DNA of 63,909 bases, filler included, from Reticulomyxa filosa (taxonomy: Eukaryota; Protista; Foraminifera): assembly GCA_000512085.1 (NCBI GenBank). It is 25 parts of 25 records of this genome, joined end to end, with 100 filler letters (N's around TTAATTAATTAA, not from the genome) between each part and the next. Parts side by side here need not be neighbours in the genome. Positions count along the whole stretch, not along the records: positions 51,931 to 54,442 come from ASPP01021685.1; positions 54,543 to 57,134 come from ASPP01026443.1; positions 57,235 to 61,429 come from ASPP01007167.1; positions 61,530 to 62,791 come from ASPP01037520.1; positions 62,892 to 63,909 come from ASPP01041609.1; 20 more parts are not named here. The stretch is one strand, 5' to 3'. A model generated the notes under the pieces. It was not told the DNA's origin, made no database searches, and saw only the letters and a list, made by a program, of their open reading frames with translations. The translations under genes were made by a program, and so were the position numbers. Below, piece after piece: positions 53,129 through 63,909 of the stretch (position 1 is the first letter of the stretch; the number at the start of each line of letters is the position of its first letter).

Positions 53129-53759
53129 TTAGTTATTTCCTGCGTTCAACAGTGCTTCACAAGGAGCGAAAAAAGCTTGCGCATTTGTTTCAGTTTCACC
53201 TTGCCCATGAAGTAGTGCCCATTTTTCTAATCTTTGAGCAATTTCAGTAAATCCAATGTGTTGTGCCCAGTAAAAAATACCACCATATTTTGTTGGAAAT
53301 CCGTAACCTTGGCACGACAGCACATCCAAATCACTTCGTTTCTCAATCTTCTTTTCGGCAATGATTCGGAAGCACTCATTGACAACAGGGAACAACAACA
53401 TTTCGACAATTTCTTGGTCAGTCAATTCGAATTGAATTTTTGATTTGCCGGCCCGAACACTTTCCAAGACATCGTCTAAGCCATTGTAATCAGTTGAAGG
53501 TCGATGGAATTCATCATAGCGATAAAAGCCGGCCCCAGATTTTTCTCCGTAGCGTCGTCGATCGCTCAACTCTTTCAACATGCTACTTAAATACATACGC
53601 CCACCAAGGTCTTTGCGCACACTTTCTTGGCCTTGATAAAACACATCAATACCAGCAATATCTGTCATTCGATTCACTCCACTGGCCATGCCAAATTGTT
53701 CCAATGCGCGATCCATTCGATAAGGATCTACGCCATGTTCAATCAAGAAATCGGCTGCC

Positions 53760-53795
<36 letters not shown>

Positions 53796-54340
53796 AAATT
53801 TTCCAATAAAAATGCTACTATTTGATAATCGAATACAATTCCAAATTATTTAAAAAACAAAACAAAGCAAAAATACCTGTCGATAAGGATAGAACATTCG
53901 ATTGGCAACAAAGCCAGTTCCGTCTTTGACGACCACTCCAATTTTGTCGATACGTTTGCTCAAGACCAAGATATCTGCCAAAACCTGTGGACTGGTGTGT
54001 CGACTTTTGACAATTTCGATAATGTTCATCAAATGGGCTGGGGCAAAGAAGTGCATTCCAACCAGTCGGTTGTTGCCATCATGAGGCAGTTTTGGCCAAT
54101 GCTGTCGATGCTTAAAGTGGCAGTTCCCGTCGCAAAGATGCAGGAATGATTGCAGACACGATACAAGTCGCGGATAATGCTTTGTTTCAATACCAAGTGT
54201 TCCAACACCGATTCAATCACTAAGTCGACCGTGTCAAATTTTGAATAATCGGTTTGCACAGTCAATAGTTGTTGCGTCAACGTATCAATGTCAGTTCGCA
54301 ACAAGTTTCGGTCTTGTAACTCGGTCAAAGTCGCTTTTGT
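53129..54340 (-). CDS. Multifunctional beta-oxidation enzyme (MFP/FadB-like), 3-hydroxyacyl-CoA dehydrogenase portion, 5'-partial
   Basis: VDLVIESVLEHLVLKQ; IFATGTATLSI; GMHFFAPAHLMNIIEIV; GFVANRM; RYGEKSGAGFYRY; GYGFPTKYGG; intron about 53758-53877; 1-base frameshift about 54090. Confidence 0.92.
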
Positions 54341-54406
54341 AATCAACATTAATAAAATGGACACACAACACTATGAATGCCAAACAATTTCAAAAAGGGG
54401 AGAAAG

Positions 54407-54442
<36 letters not shown>

Positions 54443-54567
54443 NNNNNNNNNNNNNNNNNNNNNNNNNNNNNNNNNNNNNNNNNNNNTTAATTAATTAANN
54501 NNNNNNNNNNNNNNNNNNNNNNNNNNNNNNNNNNNNNNNNNNCTTTTCAAAACAAAACAAAGACTTT

Positions 54568-55721
54568 TCAGTGTTTGTACCTTTGTCCCTCCAAATCTTC
54601 CATTGCCACCATTTGCAATAGGCTCAATCCTACAATTGGCACATTTAACATGTTGGCTTGTCCAATATGGATAGACCCAAATTTGGAGTGCTTAAAGCTG
54701 AGAAAATGTTTAGAAAAAAAAAAGCTGAAACTGACCCGAGATTTTGTCTTGAAGCAAGACACAGTTGCTCGCTTCAAAGAAGACTTCTTCATTGTGGCTG
54801 CCATTCTCCGGTCGTTTTACAATCTTTTCCCTTGTGACAAACAAACAATAATCCTCTTTGATGGTAAAGTAGTTATTGCCATTGTGACCTTTCATATTGA
54901 ATTCGTCCAATTCAATACATAACGATTCGTCTTTCCTAATATATTTGATCACATCTGCAAAAAGTCAACAGATTGTCTTTTTTTTTAAAATGTCAAAAAT
55001 CGATAAATTAAAAAGTGGGGAAAAAAAAGGGATTATAATATAACGTAGGCATGTGTATATGTACATTATGTATACATAATATGTACGTATGTTTAAAAAA
55101 AAATACCTTTTCTATTGTTAGTCAATTCAACTCGATCACCGACGACATAGTCACGAGTAATTGAGTAGTATGTGTCATTATAGTGATTTCTTGTACGACC
55201 TTGCACTTACCAGATCATTGACAGTTCATTCACACCATCATTGTCATCGATTCTTCTGTCAGTTTCAAGATGCCTCTCTCTTGGAGAGCTGTGGTCTTGA
55301 CGCACATTCAGTCGCTGTAGCATATCCGTCATTGATCGCAATTGTGGTGTCATGTCTTTCTTTTCGATGGTCCCTTTTTTCATCAAATCTACTTTGGAGG
55401 GTCTTGACTTCAAAAACAGTTGCAAACTTTGTCGGTGTTCGTTAAGTTGACTTTTCTCCACTGTTGGGGGTTCTATGTGAGAGTCCTTTTTTTTTAACTG
55501 TATCTTTTTGATATAAATCATATTTGTTAACCCGATCCCCACCCCTGCAATGTTCAAACATTATAATTTTGTCTAAATATTTTTGTCGCAATGGTAGCAA
55601 GTCGCTTTTTTTTTAGGTACTGCTGAAGATTTACATATTTTGATCATTTATCATCTGATTGATTGTGTTGTACACCTAACTGTAGCTTTTCCTCTGTTTT
55701 CTCGTTTTCTGTATCAGACAT
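54568..55721 (-). pseudogene. RPEL + CAP-Gly-like protein, multi-exon, probably degenerate
   Basis: RPEL: SLQLFLKSRPSKVDLMKKGTI; spliced across 54955-55106: YVVGDRVELTNNRKDVIKYI...IELDEFNMKGHNGNNYFTI...LFV. Confidence 0.6.
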
Positions 55722-57299
55722 TTTTCCCACTGATGATAATTCCGAAAAAGAGGAACTTTTCATCATGTCTAACTTTGTTATGCTTTGTTTTTCAGAATCC
55801 TATTTTATAAGATAAGTGTTTTGGATAGTTAAAGTATTAAAATATTAGATTTCAAATGTTTTGAAGTAAGTTTTAGCTTGTTTGGTCATAATAAAGTGAT
55901 AAAAACATGATCCTGTTAAACAGGTTGAATGTGACAATAAAAAAAGTTTTACGCAAACAAGTCTCACAAAAACAAAACAAAAATAAATCGTACAGTAATA
56001 TTGATAATGTTCATTGCAATAATTAACCCCACTGTTGTGGTGATTTTTCGTAATTCTACACACCGAGTATTATACACCATCAATCTCGATCGATGAAGAA
56101 AAGGTAATATTATAAACTTTATTTTTGACATTGAAAGTAGTATACGATCGAATATCTGACTTTTTTTATTTATTAACAATTTCATGTATTATGCACTTTC
56201 GGAACAAATAGCAAAAAAATGGTCTACTCGCTTGACTGTGAAGATAGGTACACAGCGTCAACCTGAATGTTTCCAATGTCAGGAGAGACCACAATAGAAA
56301 ACCGTATTTGTTTGGATCGCGATGACAACATCTTTTTTTCGAATTGTGTTGTCATTTTGAGCGTCTTGGGTTTACACTGACTGCCTTCTTTTTTGGTAAC
56401 TGTTGCAGTTTCGCAGAGGAGTGCGTTGGAGAAGGAGTACTCGAGAAGCGAGTTCCATGTTGAATACTTTTGGATTGTTAGGTTGTTTGAAGAGAGAAGG
56501 GCCACGTTTGTAATGTCCAAGAGAACTTTTTCTGAAAAGGGAAACTTTTTCTCTTCCAGAGAAAAACCGTTACCCAAGGAAAAATAATTAATCATTCCAA
56601 AAAAACAATTTTAATTATCTGTAATTAATCTGTTTTTTGGAATCACAATTCTAGAACCAAAAATGAAATAATATACAAAAATGTGAACAATTATTTTTTT
56701 CAAGTTGTTTTGTCAAAAATGTGAAAATATTCACAAAAAATGCAAATTTACATCTTTTTTATAAACATTTATGGGTTTTGCATTTATGTCTTACTTAAGA
56801 AAAAAAGTTCTTTTTTGTTGTTGTCTCTGTCGTACCAGTTCGTAATTAGGGTGATATCAGCACTCTTCGCAAAACACTAGTACGTTTTTTTTCTGTTTTT
56901 TAAAATAATTTTGCAACTTAAAAGATTGTGTGTTTTTTTTAAACAGACCTCGCACTTTGATAAAAAAAAATAGCTTTTTTTATGTTGATGCTTTGCATCT
57001 TTCAGCAAAAGAAAAAATATAAATATTGAATATGGGGTAAGGCCCCCCGTCTCCGCAAGGAGTACTAAAGGTTTGGTATATTTATTTATTATATATTTTT
57101 TTTGACATAATTGATTGTATTTGTTTTAACAGCCNNNNNNNNNNNNNNNNNNNNNNNNNNNNNNNNNNNNNNNNNNNNTTAATTAATTAANNNNNNNNNN
57201 NNNNNNNNNNNNNNNNNNNNNNNNNNNNNNNNNNTATATATATGTATGTATATATATATAGTTTTTTTTTTTTTTTTTCTCTCGGTTGAACGGAAAAAG

Positions 57300-57858
57300 A
57301 ATAACAATATTGAACCTATAGTTGGTTGACTGGCTAATGACGATTGAAGGATATTGTGCTGATTCTCAAATTTTTCTCGAAATTGCAATGCTTCTCCATT
57401 TGGATCGTAATGACTTCGCCAACGGGCTGCTGATGGAAAGATGCCGGAATACACCCATCCATGACTCATCCCATAAGGGATGTCGTTAAAACATCTTTCC
57501 AACGCCTCGACTTCATCCCGATACAAATAGTATTGCCACGCACTCAATGCGTTACATTTACCTAGACTGTCAATCACTGGAATTGGCGTGTCGTCCTTTA
57601 CTGCCAATGCCGCTTCGATATCATAAATTATCATTGCACATGCTCGCGGAAACCCGTGGTAAGTATATCGGCTCCAGTATCGAGACAATACCAATGATCG
57701 CATCCGCTCTTCTTCCTAAAATTCAACACAAACTTTTTTACACGCTTTTTTTGTTCTGCCTCCGTTTTTTTGTTTTTTATTTGTTTGTTCGATGGTGTAA
57801 AAAAAAAGACATGCACCTTTGACGAGTCATTGATATCTGCTTTGTTCCGCCGAGACAT
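57300..57858 (-). CDS. Hypothetical protein, 3'-partial; intron 57716-57816
   Basis: MSRRNKADINDSSK|EEERMRSLVLSRYWSRYTYHGFP... in-frame splice. Confidence 0.6.
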
Positions 57859-58511
57859 TTTAAAAGTTATATTATGAGGCCCCAAAAATTTGCTTTCACG
57901 TTTGTACTTTTTACTTACCGTCTGCTGAACCCAGAAAAGTGGCACTTTTAAGGAGAAAGGCTTTGGGGAAAAAATTTAGCTTTTTGTACGTAAAAGAAGA
58001 CATACAATGCTAATTATTCGTGCAAAAAGCTCTTAAAACCAATTTTTAGATTCAAAGTATGTTTCAGTTTATCCAACGGAGTAGATGAAGTTGGAAGTTC
58101 GAAATAACGATATCTAACGCAAATTGTAATTTAGTTTGGTTCAAATACTGCCGAAACAATTAAAAGCAGAAGTAAAAATAACATTTTGTGATGACAAATG
58201 AGAAGATATCGACTAAAAATGTTTTCTAATGGTAATTGTGCACAATTGCATTTTGCCTTTAAAATTATCTTAAAATTATTTTGGTAATCCGCAAAAAAGC
58301 AAAACTGTTCCATCAAGTGTAAATTAAAATTATGAACACTTTTTCTGACCTACGATATTATTAAATAAATGATGATTTAATGTTAAAAGGGTGACCCGTC
58401 GTACTTTTTCTCTGACGTTCCGAACTTGTTTCATTTTGAAGTCTCGATACTTATTGATGTTTTAGTCTTGCCTAAGTACGTGTGTTGCCACAAACAAATT
58501 AGATAAAACTT

Positions 58512-60138
58512 TTAAAATTTCGAGTCTGTTTGTTTATTGTGAAAACATTTTAAAAGTGAAAAGAGTTTTGTTTGAACTCGAATCAAAGAGTGTAATGTTA
58601 GACCAATTTGGACATCTAATTGAACCAATTCTTTTTTCATCATTTCCATATTTTCGTTTAACAGTTTAATTGGAGATAAATCAGTCATTTTTTGATTACT
58701 TGCTTCCATTTGAGATTTACAATCTTCTATTGTTTCTGTGAGTTGTTGTAACTTCATTGTCATCTCAGATATGTGGTGGACTTCACCCTCATTGAGGTTG
58801 CTTAAAGTTATCAGTTCATCGTATTTGATTTTGTATTCTTTAGATAAATCCCCAAAATCACGGTTAACTTGCCTTCACGTCAGTGTATATTGAAATATAT
58901 AAGATGAATATGTCAGAACCAGACTTTAAAAAAGATTCAACAAGACTATGAAAAATTCGGGACAAAGAGTAATGCAATTGCACTATTACTTTTGCATAAA
59001 CTAAAGAACAAAAAATGGATAAAATTCAAGCTTACTCTTCTTTGCCAGCCAATCGAGTTAAAAATTGTTTGATACTTTCTTGAAAGGAAGTTAAATGATC
59101 AAATGTTTTTGGATATAGTTGTTTGAATGCTTGATCATAGTATTTGATTTTTTGACAATGAGTAATCCACTCCTTAACGCCGGCATCAACACGAATACCA
59201 TCCAATTCATTGGATACTCTCTCATATTCTAACTTCCACTCGTTTTCATTTGCATTTGATCCAATTGTAGAGTTTGTGTCAACCTTGACATCATTTTCTG
59301 TTAATTTTTTGTGCTTCTCTTGCCCCGTTGAGTGTGCACTGTTTTCATGGAATACATAGGGATTGTTTTCATCTTCACTCTCGTCATTATTTTGCATAAC
59401 CTCTTCATCGAACTGAATCTCTTCTTTTGGCATTGTGTCTTGTATTTCATCATCCGTTGATGTGATAAGAAGCCTTGCCTTACAAATTCATCGATAAAAC
59501 ACATAAAATCCTTTTGTATGCACAAACTAGAAAAATAACAATAGACTAAAATAAAGTAGAGTAAAATGAAATAAAACTGGACGATAAATGGGTTTATTTG
59601 TTTGGAATGGTATTTGATGTTTTGCACTGTGTGACTGATTTAATGCTAATGTTGTCAAAAAATCCAAAATTACACACGCCTCTAACCCTTGCCCCCGTTT
59701 CAACAAATTAGCCGAAAAATCAGCATTCATTAATCCCAGATTTTTGCACTCTCTCAGAATATTGTTTGATATTGTGTTTGGATCGTCCAAATCATTCCAA
59801 TAAGCCATTTTTTTCTTTGACATTTCTTTAGAAGAGGCTTCAACAACCTCAAAGAGCCAGTGGACTAAGCTTTTAAAGTAAACGAAATGCTCACCACTTT
59901 CTTGTATAATTTTTTGACTGGGATTATCTTGATTGCTTTCAGAATCATTGCAACCAACAAAATAACAATGTTCCAAGACGTGTAAGGAAGAATATTTATC
60001 TTGTTTCAAGAATAGTTCTTCATAATTCAATAGTTGTAATTTGTCGAAGATGTCACACATCAACACAAATTCATCTAAATTCCCTTTGTTCTCCTCTTTT
60101 ATATTTCTTTTTACGCGTTTTGATTTGCTCTGGTTCAT
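58512..60138 (-). CDS. IFT57: Intraflagellar transport protein 57 (IFT57/HIPPI), multi-exon
   Basis: MCDIFDKLQLLNYE; GEHFVYFKSLVHWL; DDPNTISNNIL; DFSANLLKRGQGLEACVILDFL; EWKLEYERV...KEWITH; C-terminal LVQLDVQIG. Confidence 0.85.
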
Positions 60139-62192
60139 TATTTCTCACACTATCAACATTTAGTACAATAATTTGTAAATCGAGTAAATTTTTGTGACAT
60201 CACTTGCAATATTCCTCACCATAAACAAGCTAATTTACTCATAATTATGCATAATCAGATCTTCTGCAGGGCCTACAAAATAGGTCTTGGTTATAAAGTA
60301 GACCATTCATAGGAGGTTTAAGGATTTTAAAAATATTTGTTTTTCTTGATAAAACTGCAAATAAACAACTTTAAAAAAATCATTTTCTCTTTTGAAAGTG
60401 TTGTTACCAATACTTTTTTTAAAATTTTCATTTTATAGATTTCTCAGTCTTGGGTTGAATTTTTAGTGAATAAACTTACCAATTTTGTGTTGGTAAATAA
60501 AAAATCAAAAACTGTATTGTCTTTCAAAAAGAGGTCGTTAAAAAACACAACTGATGTTGGCATTATCCAGAGGCAGGTTTTCTCCAAAGGAAAGTTGAAA
60601 AGAAGTTTATAATGCATTACTAACTTTATTGAAATAGAATAAATGAATATGAACGAAATATCTGGTCGTTTTGGCTTATTTGGTGCACAATTATTTGCTG
60701 AAATCAATAACTCAGAGGTGAGAATAATGAGTTTTTGAACAGTGAAAGAAACTGACGTGATAATGTGTGTTTTGGCATAGTATTATTTGACAGTAGATGT
60801 GCCCAAATCTGTGGGTTGGCTCTTCTCTTTTTTATGTCTTGGTTTACATTTGACCTATTCCTTAGTATTTCTGCACCAAATTGCATTACGTGTGCCGTAT
60901 CCACATGCAAGTATTTCATCAGTAAAAGAAAAAATAAGGCTACAAGGTAAAGAAAACGATCCTCCTTTCAAAGTAGTGGACCATGGATCACAAGGCAGTT
61001 TTTTTCATCAATGCAGTTGAGTAAATATATTTCAAGGTAAATGACGAGATCCAACTTGCAGATTTTTTTTTCTAATTTAACAAAAAAAAAGGAAAGAGAA
61101 GAGCAAGTTTAATGTGACTTTCTTAACAAAAAGCAAAAAAAAGTGCATACATATCATAATTTGAGGTGTTTTCTTTTTGTGTATACTTATACGTACATTT
61201 TTTTGTTCTGTTTTTCCCGTGGTCATAGGACAACGCACGTATACCCACCTATTTCCTAAATTACATAGAGGTTGGATTCAATTTTGGAACCGCATGACAT
61301 TGCCACAATATCCTAAAATATTTTTCATGTGGAAGGAAATTACGCGCAATAACACAAATATAAATGAAAATGTATACATTCATTTTTTTTTAATCCCTTT
61401 TTTTTTTTGTCTTTTTTTTTCCCCCTTTTNNNNNNNNNNNNNNNNNNNNNNNNNNNNNNNNNNNNNNNNNNNNTTAATTAATTAANNNNNNNNNNNNNNN
61501 NNNNNNNNNNNNNNNNNNNNNNNNNNNNNTATCTCACTTCCTTCAACACTCATCACAAACTTACAGTGATTCAATACAAGCTTCAAGTCTGAGACATATG
61601 CTGTATAATTGCCAAAAAAGGTATAAAAAAAGATAAATGGAGGAGATTGTAATCATAATAACAAATGTTTGTATATTTACTTTTGTCTTTGGAATAGTCT
61701 CCTGGTGAAGTTGGCAGAAATGTCCCGATTATGATAAAAGTGAAGAAACAAGTGATAACTTTTTTCTTACAATCTTCGTACTTTGCGCATGTAATATTTT
61801 TATGTATAATTTATCGTTTAAAAAAAAATGAAATAATCTATTTTGTCATTGCTGTTAATACTGTTGTTGCTAATGTGGAATGTGAACAAATTAGTACTAA
61901 TCAAATACATTTCAGCACATACCAATCAGCATTTTCAACACAAATATCAATTTAATTTTAAATAGTCCTAAAAAGAGATAACATTATTGATGTTTGAGCT
62001 CAAAAGTTTTTTTTTCTTTTGCAGAAATAGCATTAAGACCTATTGACAAATGATTATGTAAAAAAAAGTTGTGTAAATAAAGTTCAACATATTTACAAAC
62101 ATGTTGATTAAAGCATTAACAATATTCATTCGTTGAATTCATATATGTATATAAATTCCAAAACTACTCAAATCTCACACATTGTCCAAAAT

Positions 62193-62225
62193 GAGTAGAC
62201 TTAGGATTTAATCCTAAGTCTACTC
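62193..62225. repeat. Perfect 16-bp inverted repeat with a 1-nt spacer
   Basis: GAGTAGACTTAGGATT-T-AATCCTAAGTCTACTC. Confidence 0.95.
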
Positions 62226-63096
62226 TTAAACAATACGAATTTTTTTTTCCTTTTTTGGAAAAAAAAACAAACGAAGGCAGCGTTCCTGCAATATGGAAAT
62301 TTATCATGTTTCCATCTAAATCTTTTCTTTATACTATCAAAACCTTTCAGATGTTGTAGCTTCATTGTAAGCAAACAACACTATCTAGACTTTTCTTTGT
62401 TTTATTTGTTTGTTTTCAAGTTGACGTTGTGGTGACAAACAGACATAGGTTGTTAAAGGAAATACTTCTAAACTCAAGTCTATTTTACAATCAAAGAATA
62501 CAAGATTTTGTTTCTATGGTGGCAATGCCGTTTCAAACTTTTATGTGTGTTGGAGCAATTGTGATCGCAACATCTGCAGTGTTTGTCATCGCTCACACAA
62601 TACATGTACTGTGTCTTGTTTGCGAATATCTCTTACAGGTCAGTTTTGATCTAGATTTTTTGCTATGCAATTTGCTGATATGTTATATTTCGAAGACAAC
62701 CAGTTTTTGTTTTATTTTTTTACAAGTGCGCATTAAAGAACGATATGTATCTATTATCGAGTATTTCAAACTTTATTGGCTGCATTGGTATNNNNNNNNN
62801 NNNNNNNNNNNNNNNNNNNNNNNNNNNNNNNNNNNTTAATTAATTAANNNNNNNNNNNNNNNNNNNNNNNNNNNNNNNNNNNNNNNNNNNNTATTTAAAA
62901 TTTTTACCATTAAGTAATTTTGATTCATGGAAAGGAGACATTCGTATTTGCGGATAATGCAATTTTCTCAAAGACACAACAAAATAGATTTTTGTCGCCT
63001 GCAAAAGAACAACATTAAAATATTGAAGCGATCAAATATGTTTGTGATAACCATTTGCAAATGTATAAATATGAAACATGTCTTTGTTACGATCAA

Positions 63097-63525
63097 TCAC
63101 CAGATTAACTTTATTTGATAATGATGCATCATCATGTGAATGTCCATATTTATCCCATTCCTCTTCCTCTGGCCTCTTCTTTTGTAACAATGTTTTAATC
63201 TTTCCATTACACTTTCTAATATAATCATATTCATTGTATATTGTGTACCTTTTAATTTGTCTCGTTTTCGTAAAAATTTATCGTGAAATAACACATCTAA
63301 TTGATACAATAACACATTTGTATCTGGAATGGTGTGGATATTGGTTGTAGTTCCATCATCACTTAATGTTGCTCGATTGCTTCCTCCATAAGTACAATCA
63401 AGACAACCTACTGACCCACAACCTATATCATTACGTAAATATCTATCTTTTACTACCGTTCGAAGTCGATTGGATTGTCTTACATAACGATACCCTTTCT
63501 CCACACATTGAACTAAAGAATGCAT
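63097..63525 (-). CDS. DIS3/Rrp44-family exosome nuclease N-terminus (CR3 + PIN), partial or divergent
   Basis: VVKDRYLRNDIGCGSVGCLDC; IPDTNVLLYQLDVL; IILESVMERL. Confidence 0.75.
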   Translation of the reverse strand: MHSLVQCVEKGYRYVRQSNRLRTVVKDRYLRNDIGCGSVGCLDCTYGGSNRATLSDDGTTTNIHTIPDTNVLLYQLDVLFHDKFLRKRDKLKGTQYTMNMIILESVMERLKHCYKRRGQRKRNGINMDIHMMMHHYQIKLIW

Positions 63526-63909
63526 TGGTAAGAAGTTTTTGTAGTTTTTTAGTTTTTTTCTGAAACAAAAACCTTTTGAACTTTCTTCAAATTTGTGTTA
63601 ATTTAAAACAAGTGAAAATAGTTAAATTTTAGATCATTCTTATTTTTGTACTTTGTTAAGAAAAAAATCTTTGATCTTTTATATGAAATATCAATAAAAA
63701 AGCTAATTTGAATGCTTGTTTGAAATTGGTCTTTGTTTTAAAAAATTTCAATTTGAAACGAACGCATCATCTCACAATACAATTACTTTGTAACCTCTCA
63801 ATTATAAAGTCCCTTTTTATTTTTCAATTCTTCCATAAAAAGAAACCAAGAAAATAAATAAAAATACAATAGAAAAATGGAAAATCAGAATGCTAGTCCA
63901 CTTTAGTGT

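Noticed and set aside
56224-56595. 123-aa ORF (and 52488-52868, 6282-6572, 60704-60919)
   Set aside because: No recognisable motif or clear gene structure; may be real or decayed but cannot be assigned

Overview
This window is not one locus. It is 25 short eukaryotic contigs joined by 24 artificial 100-bp spacers (N44-TTAATTAATTAA-N44), so adjacency across spacers carries no biological meaning. The DNA is AT-rich, contains introns and uses the standard genetic code. Its content suggests a foraminiferan such as Reticulomyxa filosa or a relative (inference from the expanded WD40 families, the Ala-MQIF ubiquitin, many pseudogenes and poly-Asn tracts). Recognisable genes or fragments: two pentapeptide+WD40 genes (C-terminal parts of probable NACHT/NWD NLR-like proteins), several lineage-type WD40 genes and pseudogenes, a TLDc protein, a NEURL4-like ADP-ribosyltransferase, a DENN protein, a RalGAP-alpha-like fragment, DOMON-cytochrome b561, an SAE1/Aos1-like E1 subunit, a 7TM receptor, two RPEL proteins (one with CAP-Gly-like sequence), a second ART-like family member, a macrodomain hydrolase, a VLIG/GVIN-type GTPase, an SLC35E-like transporter, an MFP/3-hydroxyacyl-CoA dehydrogenase, IFT57, a DIS3 N-terminus, a decayed Tc1 element and chimeric pseudogenes. 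The strongest leads are: (i) NLR-like WD40 arrays with near-identical repeats and hypervariable surface positions, within a broader protist innate-immunity and ADP-ribosylation toolkit; (ii) a recurrent intron architecture with a U-rich 5' half and an A-rich 3' half and no polypyrimidine tract; (iii) an RPEL+CAP-Gly fusion. Many single-base frameshifts sit in homopolymer runs and are probably sequencing errors. All assignments come from motif recognition by eye; no searches were run.
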